DNA of 64,000 bases from Nitrosopumilaceae archaeon (GCA_965207375.1 OZ242274.1:1408001-1472000), one strand, 5' to 3'; shown: positions 1 to 11,396, counted from the stretch's first letter. Numbers and translations are program-made. The notes: generated by a model from the sequence alone, not told the origin.

Positions 1-1
1 A

Positions 2-2884
2 TACGAAGGAGTCATCATAACAAAGAAACCTCAAGCCATACCACAAACAATCAATCTAGCATCAGATAATCGTCATCTGGAAATACCAACTACTGTAACC
101 ATACATCCTGGACAAAATCATGTCATATTCCCAATACACCTGACACATCCACGTACCGATACAGCTATACGTGTACATGCTATCACTCCAGAACACCGAG
201 ACTATACCGATACTACAATCTTTTCAATATCAAACAATCCGACATCACTACACATAATCACACCCGCACAAGATACTCTAACTACCGCTACAGATACATT
301 ACCTGCCAAGGTAATGCTTACAGATGCCGCAGGCATTCCTGTTATAACCAAAAATAATGTAACTGTTCGCCTTACTGCAACTCCAGACATAAGATTCTCA
401 CAGACAATATCTTTTGATCCTTCACAGGTACTAGATGTTATGATCCCTGCAGGTCAATATGAGACAGACTTTATTGCTAGTATCACCGGTGACGGCCAGA
501 TACACGCACATTCTGAATCATTGACCCCAGATTCTGTACAGATAGAGTATGTTGCAAGTCAGGATATCACGATACACATAGCAATAACTCCAATACCTGC
601 GGCTGCCTATTCGTCTGGTAGTTATTTTGTCTGGCTTGAACGAGACGGAATAATGTACGTCCCCCAAGAGGTCATCACAGTAAAGCTTGAATCGAGTGGA
701 CAATCTGTACGGTTCACAAATACTATAGGAGTACAAGAGGTATACACACAGATTCCACCATCTGGCATACAGCAGGGTATAGTGTATTTTGGCCAGCCCA
801 CACAGGGTGAGAATCCAGCATCAGTTACTGCCACGATACCTGGCATCGGGACAGGCTCTGCTCAGGTAATTGTACATGATACCTATAATGGTGCAGCCCA
901 ACTCATCTGCCTTTGGTACTTTCCTCCAATTCCATCATCTATAGTATGGATATCAGCAGGGTTCTATGCAGGAGACGAGGATGCAACATGTGTTGATACA
1001 ACATCAGATATAACCATTGAAGATACAGAAAATCTAACAGTTAGCAACTCGACTGAAAAAGACAAACTAAAACCTATACGCATTCACAATACTAGACTAG
1101 ATGATTTATCATACACATCAAGTATGGGCCATGATGATCATATCGCAATACTTGATACGTTACAAAAAAAATCACCGGCAACCTACATCTCAACTATAGA
1201 TACACCGTTTAAGATTCTAGATCATAGAGAACACTATATCACCGTAACTCCAAGTGAAAATACGGCAGGAGATACGACATCATTTGTATCACTTCCAGAA
1301 TCAGGTTCAGAATATGTTGTTACACTGAGTCCGATTCCTGCAATTCGTGGCATACCGGGGGAAATTGCCTATATCGTAATTACTGACCAACAGGGAATAA
1401 TCAGAAATCCACAATGGGTAACAAACGAAGACATTGCTAATAGTATCGTAACACAATCAGGTAATGCTATCGATAATTTACATATCCAAAACAATTGGAT
1501 TGGCACCACTAGTACCATATCTGGCATATATCAACAGGAGGTGACAACCATATCTGCAGCAATTCCGGGATTACTATCTGATGAACCTTTGTACATGACA
1601 GTTACTGGCGCCAAAACCGGAATATCTGTCTGGATGCCACCTGAAATAAACATTGGTTCAGAATTTCCCGTCACCGTACATGCGTTATCACAAAATAGAC
1701 CATTACAGCGACTCGATGCTGATTCTCTGACCATTACAGGTCAACAAATACACGTATACAATGTGAATCAACAGACACGCAGTATAATCACACAAAGCGG
1801 CAACGGCACTCTAAATATAATCTCATCAGACAGTTACATTTCAAGTGTTGAATTTTCAACATTTCAAAATGAAATACATGATGTAAATGTGCGTTCTGTG
1901 TCACCTGATGTCGTAAGGCTGGGAAGTAACATTTTACTAGAATTTCTCACGGGTTCTGTGTACGATCCCGATGTTTCCATACTCGGCAATATTGACTTTA
2001 CCCAAGATGAACAAACAGGACTATACACTGCAACACCGCAGGAGCCTGGCCAGTATCAGGTTACAGTTTTAGTTGAAAAGGACGGCTGGGATGATTATCG
2101 TCAGAGCTTTGGCTGGGAGGTAGAACACATGGTTACAGCATCTGTTAGCATAATAGCAGATGACGGCGTATCGCTACCTATCGGTATCAACATGACACAT
2201 AGTGAATCAACTAATGTTACACTGCACAACGGTGTACAGGATGATGTTCGTGCAGGTGTTTACACAATTGGTATCCCTGAAATGTACAGTTTCGGCCAAG
2301 ATCGAACCTATGTCCTGCGTGATATCAACATAAACGGTGAAACCCTTACTCCTGTAGGCTCATTTACGTATCTAATTGATTCAGACAGTGTAGTATCTGC
2401 CGTATATCATAGAGAAATAGATGTACAGTTTGTACCCATACTTGATGCACCAGATGATATCATAGATGCAGCATTTGTGCAAGGTAACGGTCTGTACAGG
2501 TATGGTGATACAGTAACGGTGTCAGCAACATCAGTCCCTGAACTGTTTGGTCTGATATGGCATGTACCAGTATCGTATAACACACAAAACGGTATCATCA
2601 AATCAGAATCAATATCCTTTGAAGCAATAACTTCTGAATCTGGTTATGTTGAATACGAGAAAAACTATACCGTAACTATAGCATTTATTGGAATAATTGT
2701 AGCAGCACCCGTAATTGTAATCCGGATAAAATCACCTGAAATAATCTGGGATCTAAAGGATGGGATTCACAGCACCATAAAGAAACTAAAATCAAAAAAT
2801 AACAAAAAATATAACAAAAAACAAAATGTACAAGAGACCAAATCTGGATTATTTGGCAGCATTTTGGGGAGGCTAAAAAAATGA
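2..2884 (+). CDS. Large membrane-anchored surface protein, 5' end outside window
   Basis: Frame of ORF 314..2884 is open back to position 2; Thr/Ile/Val-rich beta-like composition; C-terminal TM (VTIAFIGIIVAAPVIVI) followed by a Lys-rich tail. Confidence 0.7.
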   Translation, partial: YEGVIITKKPQAIPQTINLASDNRHLEIPTTVTIHPGQNHVIFPIHLTHPRTDTAIRVHAITPEHRDYTDTTIFSISNNPTSLHIITPAQDTLTTATDTLPAKVMLTDAAGIPVITKNNVTVRLTATPDIRFSQTISFDPSQVLDVMIPAGQYETDFIASITGDGQIHAHSESLTPDSVQIEYVASQDITIHIAITPIPAAAYSSGSYFVWLERDGIMYVPQEVITVKLESSGQSVRFTNTIGVQEVYTQIPPSGIQQGIVYFGQPTQGENPASVTATIPGIGTGSAQVIVHDTYNGAAQLICLWYFPPIPSSIVWISAGFYAGDEDATCVDTTSDITIEDTENLTVSNSTEKDKLKPIRIHNTRLDDLSYTSSMGHDDHIAILDTLQKKSPATYISTIDTPFKILDHREHYITVTPSENTAGDTTSFVSLPESGSEYVVTLSPIPAIRGIPGEIAYIVITDQQGIIRNPQWVTNEDIANSIVTQSGNAIDNLHIQNNWIGTTSTISGIYQQEVTTISAAIPGLLSDEPLYMTVTGAKTGISVWMPPEINIGSEFPVTVHALSQNRPLQRLDADSLTITGQQIHVYNVNQQTRSIITQSGNGTLNIISSDSYISSVEFSTFQNEIHDVNVRSVSPDVVRLGSNILLEFLTGSVYDPDVSILGNIDFTQDEQTGLYTATPQEPGQYQVTVLVEKDGWDDYRQSFGWEVEHMVTASVSIIADDGVSLPIGINMTHSESTNVTLHNGVQDDVRAGVYTIGIPEMYSFGQDRTYVLRDININGETLTPVGSFTYLIDSDSVVSAVYHREIDVQFVPILDAPDDIIDAAFVQGNGLYRYGDTVTVSATSVPELFGLIWHVPVSYNTQNGIIKSESISFEAITSESGYVEYEKNYTVTIAFIGIIVAAPVIVIRIKSPEIIWDLKDGIHSTIKKLKSKNNKKYNKKQNVQETKSGLFGSILGRLKK

Positions 2885-4722
2885 TTCGTTACATTTTGTA
2901 TATTGCTATTTTTAGTATCATTCCTGCAGCATATGGTTCTTGCGAAAGTATTGAAGAGTGCAAGTTTGCAAATCTGTTTCCAGAACCCGAGGCCAAACTG
3001 TACTTGCCCACTGAATCTGTCACGATATCTCATGGCAAGACTGCACATGTCTTGATTGCAGGCACCCTACCAGAAGAAAAGGTGGCAAAACGCCCCATTT
3101 TGATAGACATAACAGGTCCGGATGAGAAAACCGTATCCCTTGAGATACTCTCTACAGAACAAGGCTATTTCCAAACGTTACATAGTATAACTGCTGACAG
3201 ACATGCAGAGGGAATATACAAGGTAGAGTCATGGTTTGCAGAAACTGAAACAGATACTGATGAGGAGATAATTTCAGAGCTTGCAGAAGGTGAGTTTCAT
3301 GTTACGGTTCTAGGTGATACAGCAGACCACATTGTTATAATTGCTGATACTGTAGGAAGGGCTTGTCTTGAAGATGTCAATACATGTTATGAAAATCCCG
3401 ATGCTCAAATTGTAGTTGGAAACACGATACAGTGGATAAATGAATCTACAGAAGCTCATCATATTCGGGCTACAGCAATTGGCTCAAATGACACAGACAT
3501 GTCTATCGTACAGTCAACATTAGAATCCGGATACTTTGATACTGGTGTCATACCGCCACACATGTCTGAAACGATTCTATTTGATACACCGCTTGTCGCA
3601 ATATACTCTTGTATGTTTCATCCTTGGATGGAAGGTACTATACATGTGGCGACACTACCAGATGAACAAACAGACATCCCAGAAACCATACTTGATGTAA
3701 AACCGGAACGTGAAACGCCTGGAAGTTCTGAACCCCGCATCGTCTTTGATGTTACAAATACACGATACCACAATGCAGGAGATAAGATACAAATTAGTGT
3801 ACACTATGTCAATACAAGGTCATCTAGTGTAAGTGTTGATTTACTAGATTCAGATGGTATTGAAATAGCAGACACATATGCTTCAAGAGAAGAAGACACC
3901 TCCACATTTGAAATCCTCACACAGCCCACATGGGAACCCGGAAAATACACAGTAGTGGTAGACCCGCGTGGCAAAACCAAATCCTCTGAAATTACTATAA
4001 CTATTGATACTCATGATATTGTATGTGTGGAAGACACCATATCCAACATAACAAAGAAACAGCACAGCAAGAACTGTTACGCAGGAATAATTGATAAAAT
4101 CATTGATGCAGACACCTTGTCAATATCAAAAAAATACAACTCACTTAGTGTAGCAAATCCCGGAAACAACGATACTCATCGAGATGTATCAAAACAGTTC
4201 CTTGAAGAAACATGTCCGCCGGGTAGTATAGCTATAGTAGACATGGACAGACAAATGACTGCTGATTCGCGCTCACTTGCAGGAGAGAGATCACAGGGGG
4301 CATATTCTGCTGTATACTGTAATTCTAATCCTACTAGTGTAAACCAGCAGATGATAAATGCTGGACTAGCAGAGATAGATCCCATCGGCTGTCTGACATC
4401 TGAATTTGAGTGGAGTATTTGTCCTGTTATACATGAAATCATAGAAACGATACCAACAGAATTAGAACCAGAAAACAACTGTATGATTGCCCTGGTGTCA
4501 TACGGTACGGATCTTGCATATCCGGTACAATTATTGCGTGAATTTCGAGGTGATATCATAACTGACCCGTTTATGAAAGTCGGTCTTGATTCCATACACC
4601 AGGCATACTATACCGTATCCCCACATATCGTTGATATCATGACTGACATGCCCGAACTAAAGATTGTGGCATATTCGATACTATACGTACCGATATCTGT
4701 GGCAGGTGCATATCTTGAGTGA
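2881..4722 (+). CDS. Secreted multidomain protein: cupredoxin + thermonuclease-like + CFI-box-CTERM
   Basis: Signal peptide; Cu motif YSCMFHPWMEG; GIIDKIIDADTL...SVNQQMINAGLA resembling ORF 58201; C-terminal CMIALVSYGTDLAYPVQLLREFR. Confidence 0.75.
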   Translation: MIRYILYIAIFSIIPAAYGSCESIEECKFANLFPEPEAKLYLPTESVTISHGKTAHVLIAGTLPEEKVAKRPILIDITGPDEKTVSLEILSTEQGYFQTLHSITADRHAEGIYKVESWFAETETDTDEEIISELAEGEFHVTVLGDTADHIVIIADTVGRACLEDVNTCYENPDAQIVVGNTIQWINESTEAHHIRATAIGSNDTDMSIVQSTLESGYFDTGVIPPHMSETILFDTPLVAIYSCMFHPWMEGTIHVATLPDEQTDIPETILDVKPERETPGSSEPRIVFDVTNTRYHNAGDKIQISVHYVNTRSSSVSVDLLDSDGIEIADTYASREEDTSTFEILTQPTWEPGKYTVVVDPRGKTKSSEITITIDTHDIVCVEDTISNITKKQHSKNCYAGIIDKIIDADTLSISKKYNSLSVANPGNNDTHRDVSKQFLEETCPPGSIAIVDMDRQMTADSRSLAGERSQGAYSAVYCNSNPTSVNQQMINAGLAEIDPIGCLTSEFEWSICPVIHEIIETIPTELEPENNCMIALVSYGTDLAYPVQLLREFRGDIITDPFMKVGLDSIHQAYYTVSPHIVDIMTDMPELKIVAYSILYVPISVAGAYLE

Positions 4723-6604
4723 AATTGTTATGCGACCAAAACCTTCAAGCAGATTTCGTACCTGTCTGTCTATATCATGTATCTGTGGCATTGTTATAAT
4801 TATCTTATTTTCCAAAGGCACATACAGTGACGTGGTACTGTCTTGTATCCTTGCGGTATCTGCTGTATCTGCACTACTTGTGCCGACTAGACGGAACAAA
4901 AAGAAATACGTGTCAGCCGACCGCAGGGTAACAGTACGAAAAATAGACTTTCCAAGGGGTTGGAAAATCTTTATCATTTTAGAAAACAAACTCCCCTTTA
5001 TCAAAAAACTAAGACAATACAATGATGGTATCATAAGCAGTATTGCCCCATCTGCAGGAATCCCATATGATACGGAATCTGCTGCCACCAAAAGCACCAG
5101 ATTTGCCATTGTATCAATCATACCCTGTGTGATATCTGGCATATTTTTGACCCAGAATCTACATTTGGGGTTTATAGGAATTGCAGTAGCACCGCTTTTA
5201 GTATTTTTTGCCCCGTTTGTAAAATTAAAATTTGCAGTACAGGAGCGCCGTGGCAAGATAGAAGAAGAGATGGCATACTTTCTAAGTTACGTCAATATAA
5301 TGCAAAGTGTTGGCCGTGGTCTGTATCAGGCATTTGATGAAATCCGCAATCAAAGAATATTTCCTGCAATGGAAAAAGACGCAAGAGAGCTAGTCAGACG
5401 TGTCAACATGCTTGGAAACAGTCAGAAACAGGCACTGTCTGACTATGCCTCACATCATCCATCTGAATCATTTCGTGCCTTTGTATCTGGGTATATGGCA
5501 AAGATGTCTAGTATCGGAAATGTACCTGCATATACAGAAGCCAAGGCAAAATATTTCTTTGAAGAATACATGTCTGCCTGGGAGCGATATGAAAAAAGTG
5601 CACAAGAAATATTTTCAGCAGTTTTGATGATTTCAATTATTTTGCCCATGATGATGGCATTTAATTCCATGATGGGGACCGCTTCTACTGCAAGCATTCT
5701 GATATTTGCAGGCACCCTCATCTCGCCTCTAGTGGCTGCAGTCATGATCTCTGCTTTGAACTCATCACAGCCAGCAACAGGACATCGAATCAAAATGGCA
5801 TGGCCCTCATTTGCAGCAGGTGGTATAGTAGGAATTACATGTATGGTATCAGGACTAGATACTGCCACATCTCTGGCACTAGGCGTTCTAGTTGGTGCAA
5901 TAGTAAACTATGTCACCGTACGCCCACAGCTTGCACAAATCCATGCAATAGATGCAATGATTCCTGAATTTATGCGAGATGTCACTGAAATGTCAAAGAC
6001 AGGTACCGGAATAAACCAGATAATTATAAAACAGTCAGGCAACTATACGGGCGGCTTTAATTCCATGCTACAAGATATTGCAGTAAAAATCCGTGCAGGA
6101 AGAACCTTTGCGTCAGCCGCTCGAGAAATAAAATCAGAATCAACACATGTAAGATTTATCATGTTTTTGCTATCAAAGGCACAAAGTACTGGTGGTGGCT
6201 CACCTTCATTGTACCTTGATATCACAGATTTTGTCACAAAGATACACCAGACAAAGACAAAAATTGTAAAGGGCCTAACAATGCTGTCAGGTATAGTATA
6301 CTTTTCACCGTTTATGATGTTAGGTATCACTCACATGATGGTTGCAATATTTGCAACTGATACTAGTACCAGTACAAATTCTATGGCATTTGACTTGTCC
6401 ACATTTGGTAGTATCGATGAATCAATCATAGACGGGATATCATTAATGGCCGTATGTACTACTGCACCGATGGCAGTAGTTGCCTCCAAGGTGTCTAGTT
6501 TTACTGTCAAAAACACGCTACCTGTGGCTGTAACTGCTGTAACTACCATTTTGGCAATACATCTTACACCTGTAATTATTGCAATGTTTGGGTTTGGTGG
6601 CTAG
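4664..6604 (+). CDS. TadC/ArlJ-like type II secretion F-family pilus platform protein (start probably downstream of 4664)
   Basis: Two T2SSF-like repeats (IEEEMAYFLSYVNIMQSVG; IDAMIPEFMRDVTEMSKTG), each followed by TM helices. Confidence 0.8.
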   Translation: MWHIRYYTYRYLWQVHILSEIVMRPKPSSRFRTCLSISCICGIVIIILFSKGTYSDVVLSCILAVSAVSALLVPTRRNKKKYVSADRRVTVRKIDFPRGWKIFIILENKLPFIKKLRQYNDGIISSIAPSAGIPYDTESAATKSTRFAIVSIIPCVISGIFLTQNLHLGFIGIAVAPLLVFFAPFVKLKFAVQERRGKIEEEMAYFLSYVNIMQSVGRGLYQAFDEIRNQRIFPAMEKDARELVRRVNMLGNSQKQALSDYASHHPSESFRAFVSGYMAKMSSIGNVPAYTEAKAKYFFEEYMSAWERYEKSAQEIFSAVLMISIILPMMMAFNSMMGTASTASILIFAGTLISPLVAAVMISALNSSQPATGHRIKMAWPSFAAGGIVGITCMVSGLDTATSLALGVLVGAIVNYVTVRPQLAQIHAIDAMIPEFMRDVTEMSKTGTGINQIIIKQSGNYTGGFNSMLQDIAVKIRAGRTFASAAREIKSESTHVRFIMFLLSKAQSTGGGSPSLYLDITDFVTKIHQTKTKIVKGLTMLSGIVYFSPFMMLGITHMMVAIFATDTSTSTNSMAFDLSTFGSIDESIIDGISLMAVCTTAPMAVVASKVSSFTVKNTLPVAVTAVTTILAIHLTPVIIAMFGFGG

Positions 6605-9455
6605 CTTGTTTGGAAGAAAACCAAAGATATCAAAACCAAAAAAAGTCAACAAAAAGCCAAAGTATGAAGTAGACTATATCGGATTCAAGTATGCTGACCC
6701 TTTATTGTCATCAAAAAAATCTGATACAAACAAGGCATATGGCATATCCGCAGAGGAACGTGTTCATATGGCAATATTTGGGCTACCGGGCTCTGGAAAA
6801 TCAAGCCTGATAAAACTATTGATACTACAAAACATACAGAGGCAGCAAGGATTCATGGTTATCGACCCACATGGCTCCCTTGCCCGCGATGTAATGGAGA
6901 TGATACCTCCTGAGAGGGCAGAAGATGTAATCTATGTGAATCCAGCATCGTTATACAAATACGGCAAGACAATACACATCAATCCGCTTGAGGTACGTTC
7001 TGAAAATGAACGATATGTAGTTGTAATGGCCTTTGTCAACATGCTGTACAATCTGTACAAAGACACCTGGGGGCCCAGACTGGAGGTGGTGTTGCGAAAT
7101 GCTGCAAACGCCTTGGTTGAAACCCGGGATCACAACAGACTAAACAATATTTCAGCATTGATTACCGATGAGGAGCAAAGAGCAACGATTCTAGCCGATG
7201 TTGCCTCAAAAAATGTAAAACACTTTTGGGAGGAAATATTTGCAAAACAATACAGCAAAGATGCAGGAAGTAGTGCATACAACAAAATCGACAAAATCAT
7301 GGCCACACCTACGGTCAACGCAATGCTTGATGCAACAAAATCATCTATTTCCATGCGTGATATAATGGAGAACCGCAGAATGATTATAGTGGATTTATCT
7401 ACTGGAGCTTCAGATGATATTGCTGAATTTCTAGGCTCAATATTTCTCAACATGCTGTATGTTGAGGCCAAAAAAAGACTGGACATAGAAGGTGAGACAG
7501 GCGACATTTTGGCAAATCCGTTTTACTGTTATGTGGACGAGGCACACATGTTTTCAAACAGTACAATGTCTGAAATGTTGCGTTCTTTGCGCAAGTTCAA
7601 TGTAAAGATGTGTCTTGCAACACAGACGGCAAACGCCTATGAACGTGATTTTGCACAAGAGATAACTGGTATCTGCAAGACAATAGTTACAGGAAGATGT
7701 GATTTTTTTACTGCAAACATACTCCGGGCAGTAATGTCAATCTCTACTGAAGAGATGCAGAGACTACCTGCACATTCTTTTGCGTTATTTTCTGATGAGC
7801 GTGGAGTTCATGCAAATGCAATATTTCGTTCAAGACCAATACCCATGGATGGACAAAAGTGCAGCAACTGGAATGATATTGCAAAAATCTCCTCAGAAAA
7901 ATGGGGCAGAGAAATAATAATGGAAAGATACATTCCAAGCACAGCACTAGGTAATCTTTTGTTTAATCCGCTTGAGACATGTATCATACATATGATGCAT
8001 TTTGATAAACGTGATTGGTATCGTGCAGAAATTATAATGAAAACAAAAATGGTGTTTCCTAGAGTTGTGGAGCGGGCCATAAACGGAGCAATTGACCGAT
8101 TGACCCGAGAAATGTATGTAAAAACAATGTATCCACATACAGACGATGGCGACGAGTTTGACGGCATGAAAAGATATGTGTTACATGACAGGGTATATTC
8201 CACCTACCTGTCTAGGGCATATGGTTCACGCAGAGCCGGAGGCGAGGATCACAATGAGATACTTTTTAAAATTGCTGAACTAAACATGAAGCACCACAGA
8301 TACTGCATACCTGATTTGGGCAACAAGGGGGACGAGGCACCAGACCTATTGATAATAGAGCCTGCCATAATAACTGACAAGGACGGTTATCTTACATTTG
8401 ATCCGCACAAGTGGAGTGAGAAAAACCGACTTGCAGTAGAGGTTGAAACCATGGCAGGAAAACACATGGCACACTCTGTATACAATTATACCAAAAATAC
8501 AGAACGTGGTTATGACGTATGGTTTGTCTGTTTTAATGCAGCAGACAGGGAGAAACTTGAAACAGCAATACGAGAAAAACACGAAAAGTTTGAAAAATGC
8601 AAAATGGATGTAATAGATTACAAAAAGATAATGTCAGGCCAACACCAGATTCCTGATACTGCTGAGGAATCATTTCATGATGTAAAGGTGCAAAACATTG
8701 ATGAAATAAACAAACAGAGTCAGATAGAACAAGATACCAGGACAAAACCAAAATCGACAGTACCACCTGAACAGCTACAATCATACAATGAAACCAAAAA
8801 GAAACAGGCCCAATTCTATCGAAACATTGTAGATGCAAACTTGACAAATTTCAAAAAAATCATAGAGCCACAAAATACAAAGGGTACAGATGAGCCACAT
8901 CTTTCACCACTAGAATGGACACTATTGGAAAATGTACGAAAAGAAAACATTGCAGAATTAAATTATGAAAAGATATGGAAAAAATACGGTCAAGGCAAGT
9001 CACTAAATGACATAAAGTATGCTGTAAAGCGACTCACTTCTTTGGAAAAACTTCGAATCACACACTATACAAAACATCAAAAAAGAGGATCTCTTGATGG
9101 TACAGGTGACCATAAAATAACAACAAAGGTGGCCGTTTTGGAATATGTATATCGGGATGACCCAAAGGCTGACTCTGTAAAAACAACCGATACAGAACAT
9201 CAAAAGGTAAAACCAACAAACACACCAACAAAAATAAAAGATAACACTACAAAAACTATCGATACAGACAGTACAGAATCACAACATGCTCAAGATACTG
9301 TACAAAAACCCAAGACAAACAAGGAAAGAAATCCTATTGTATCACTAGACCTAGAATCTTTAGACAGTGCTAGGTTAAACATGATATTACATGATGACAC
9401 ACAGGCGCCAATACATGAGCAAATCAGGGCAGAATTGGCCAAAAGACAGGACTAA
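6579..9455 (+). CDS. VirD4/TraD-like type IV coupling ATPase with C-terminal wHTH/nuclease-like extension
   Basis: HMAIFGLPGSGKS (Walker A), VIDPHG, TWGPRLE, YVDEAH (Walker B), LRKF...LATQ. Confidence 0.85.
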   Translation: MQCLGLVASLFGRKPKISKPKKVNKKPKYEVDYIGFKYADPLLSSKKSDTNKAYGISAEERVHMAIFGLPGSGKSSLIKLLILQNIQRQQGFMVIDPHGSLARDVMEMIPPERAEDVIYVNPASLYKYGKTIHINPLEVRSENERYVVVMAFVNMLYNLYKDTWGPRLEVVLRNAANALVETRDHNRLNNISALITDEEQRATILADVASKNVKHFWEEIFAKQYSKDAGSSAYNKIDKIMATPTVNAMLDATKSSISMRDIMENRRMIIVDLSTGASDDIAEFLGSIFLNMLYVEAKKRLDIEGETGDILANPFYCYVDEAHMFSNSTMSEMLRSLRKFNVKMCLATQTANAYERDFAQEITGICKTIVTGRCDFFTANILRAVMSISTEEMQRLPAHSFALFSDERGVHANAIFRSRPIPMDGQKCSNWNDIAKISSEKWGREIIMERYIPSTALGNLLFNPLETCIIHMMHFDKRDWYRAEIIMKTKMVFPRVVERAINGAIDRLTREMYVKTMYPHTDDGDEFDGMKRYVLHDRVYSTYLSRAYGSRRAGGEDHNEILFKIAELNMKHHRYCIPDLGNKGDEAPDLLIIEPAIITDKDGYLTFDPHKWSEKNRLAVEVETMAGKHMAHSVYNYTKNTERGYDVWFVCFNAADREKLETAIREKHEKFEKCKMDVIDYKKIMSGQHQIPDTAEESFHDVKVQNIDEINKQSQIEQDTRTKPKSTVPPEQLQSYNETKKKQAQFYRNIVDANLTNFKKIIEPQNTKGTDEPHLSPLEWTLLENVRKENIAELNYEKIWKKYGQGKSLNDIKYAVKRLTSLEKLRITHYTKHQKRGSLDGTGDHKITTKVAVLEYVYRDDPKADSVKTTDTEHQKVKPTNTPTKIKDNTTKTIDTDSTESQHAQDTVQKPKTNKERNPIVSLDLESLDSARLNMILHDDTQAPIHEQIRAELAKRQD

Positions 9456-9531
9456 ACACTAGGGAATTTGTAATGCTAGATCTAGCATCTTACGATCATG
9501 TTATAGTTGCTTTTTAAACAATCTTTTTAAA

Positions 9532-9897
9532 ATGGCGATTAGAAATATGGTTATGCAAAATATGGATAATAATATGATGATATTTTTAAAAATTACTCGT
9601 GATATACTTGTTGATTTTTCATCTTTGGTAAACACTATGATAGAATCTAAGGAAAAATATGGCGTTGGTCTAGATGCTATGAAAACAATTAATTTTTCAG
9701 AACCCAAATCTTTACAGCAATTAGCTGCAAGTATTCCAAATGAAAAATTAGGTATTCTATTAAATGTAGCAGCAGAATTAATATCAACACAAAACGACTT
9801 TTCAAAAGTTATGAAAATGAATGAAAAGGAACTATCCGAATTAAATGATAAACTAAATTCAATAACGACAAAATTAAGTGAAATTGTAGGTAAATAA
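9532..9897 (+). CDS. Hypothetical helical protein (islet)
   Basis: 121-aa ORF tightly packed with the next two. Confidence 0.6.
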   Translation: MAIRNMVMQNMDNNMMIFLKITRDILVDFSSLVNTMIESKEKYGVGLDAMKTINFSEPKSLQQLAASIPNEKLGILLNVAAELISTQNDFSKVMKMNEKELSELNDKLNSITTKLSEIVGK

Positions 9898-9899
9898 TA

Positions 9900-10193
9900 T
9901 TGTCAGCACAAGTAACAGGTCAAAGTATCATAGCGAATATCCTTCAGGCTTTTTTTACTGGAGTACAATTAGGCAAATCTATGATTCCAGACATAATGAT
10001 GTCTTCGTTTTTATATTCTGCACCAGAGGAACAGGGTGTTAAAGTCAAACAAGAAGCAAATAAGGAACATATTGAAATTGATGTAGATAAAATGGATATT
10101 GGAAAATTTTACATGGTAAAATATCATGATGAGGCTTTTATTGTAAGAAAAATCGGTAATGAACAAATTGCGTTTTATGATGTGATAGAATGA
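9900..10193 (+). CDS. Hypothetical protein (islet)
   Basis: 97-aa ORF; stop overlaps next start. Confidence 0.6.
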   Translation: MSAQVTGQSIIANILQAFFTGVQLGKSMIPDIMMSSFLYSAPEEQGVKVKQEANKEHIEIDVDKMDIGKFYMVKYHDEAFIVRKIGNEQIAFYDVIE

Positions 10194-10402
10194 GCATAGA
10201 TACAGTATCAATGCCAGATTTACCATTTAAAAAAATTGAACAAAAATCCATCATTGACATTAGGACATTTCAACCACATCAAATCAAGGAAATAGAAGAA
10301 TGGAGTTGGAAGAAGATGAAAAATGAAAAATGGTTAGTTCAATTGGACTGCGTTACTAAAAAGCTTAAAAAATGGAAGTTAGTAGAAACCATTGATAATT
10401 AG
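10190..10402 (+). CDS. Hypothetical protein (islet)
   Basis: 70-aa ORF, ATGA overlap. Confidence 0.5.
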   Translation: MSIDTVSMPDLPFKKIEQKSIIDIRTFQPHQIKEIEEWSWKKMKNEKWLVQLDCVTKKLKKWKLVETIDN

Positions 10403-10691
10403 TTAATTTTTAGTAACACTTCGACTTTCTAAAGTTGTGTACGTAAAAAACACCAACCATTGAATTTTTACATTTGATTCAGGCATGGCACTTTATAAAA
10501 TCGATCAGTTACAATCTTTATGATTCTTTTGCATCCGGTACAGATAAAATCCTACAGATTGTTTATGCATGTTCCCAGTATGTGCTGATATCATGACCTG
10601 TAAAACACAGTTCCACATGAGCAAATCAGGGCAGAATTGGCCAAAAGAGCCTAACTAATTGCCCTTAATAACAAAATGAAATTTTGTTTCT

Positions 10692-11396
10692 ATGAAAAGC
10701 AAGAACAAAAAATATGGAAATTTTTGCTATCTGTGTAAACTAGTACAGATACCAGAACAACAACTTGCAGTTGCCATATCTACTGCACAAACAGGCAAGC
10801 AGATACAGACAGAAACTCATACGGCATCAAGTGTACAAAGCTATCTAATTACTGTAATAGCAAAAAAAGCAAAAGTAGATGAATATCTGATAAGCATCCA
10901 AAATGCAAAAGACGTCATATTTCAAGGATGGATTCGTCTACACAAACTAAAACGTAGTGGGCGCAAAAAAAATCCTGCAATATCTAACATACTAGACATT
11001 GTGATTCTGTTAGCAATTGCAGGAGCAGCTTCTGGTGCATTTTACTATTTTGCAACTGATAGTTTTGAAACAAATTCAGCAAAAAGTATAGAAATTGTAC
11101 GATTTGATATAACCAAAGTAGGTAATTATTCAGGTAACGGGCTTGCACACGTAATAATTTACACACCTGATGACACAAATGTACGACTCGGAGGTGACAT
11201 TGCAGAAATAAGACTAACAGATGTTGCAGGCAATGCACTAGGCCTAGCTGAAATCCATGCAAGAGCAGACGGTTTTAATGTACACTATGAGGGACTAGTA
11301 AAATTTACAGGTTCAGATGCTGTACAGGGTGAATTTATCCTAGTATCCATACAGTACGGAAATCATCAAGAGGATCATGGCGTGTTGATAAAATGA
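10692..11396 (+). CDS. Type IV pilin-like protein with long N-terminal extension
   Basis: Internal class III signal-like RKKNPA/ISNILDIVILLAIAGAASGAFYYF near residue 92-120. Confidence 0.6.
   Translation: MKSKNKKYGNFCYLCKLVQIPEQQLAVAISTAQTGKQIQTETHTASSVQSYLITVIAKKAKVDEYLISIQNAKDVIFQGWIRLHKLKRSGRKKNPAISNILDIVILLAIAGAASGAFYYFATDSFETNSAKSIEIVRFDITKVGNYSGNGLAHVIIYTPDDTNVRLGGDIAEIRLTDVAGNALGLAEIHARADGFNVHYEGLVKFTGSDAVQGEFILVSIQYGNHQEDHGVLIK

Larger units (their letters stand above)
9413..10648. mobile_element. Three-gene islet bounded by 34-bp direct repeats duplicating sequence near the virD4 3' end
   Basis: ACATGAGCAAATCAGGGCAGAATTGGCCAAAAGA at 9413-9446 and 10615-10648; interior visibly more AT-rich. 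Confidence 0.75.
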
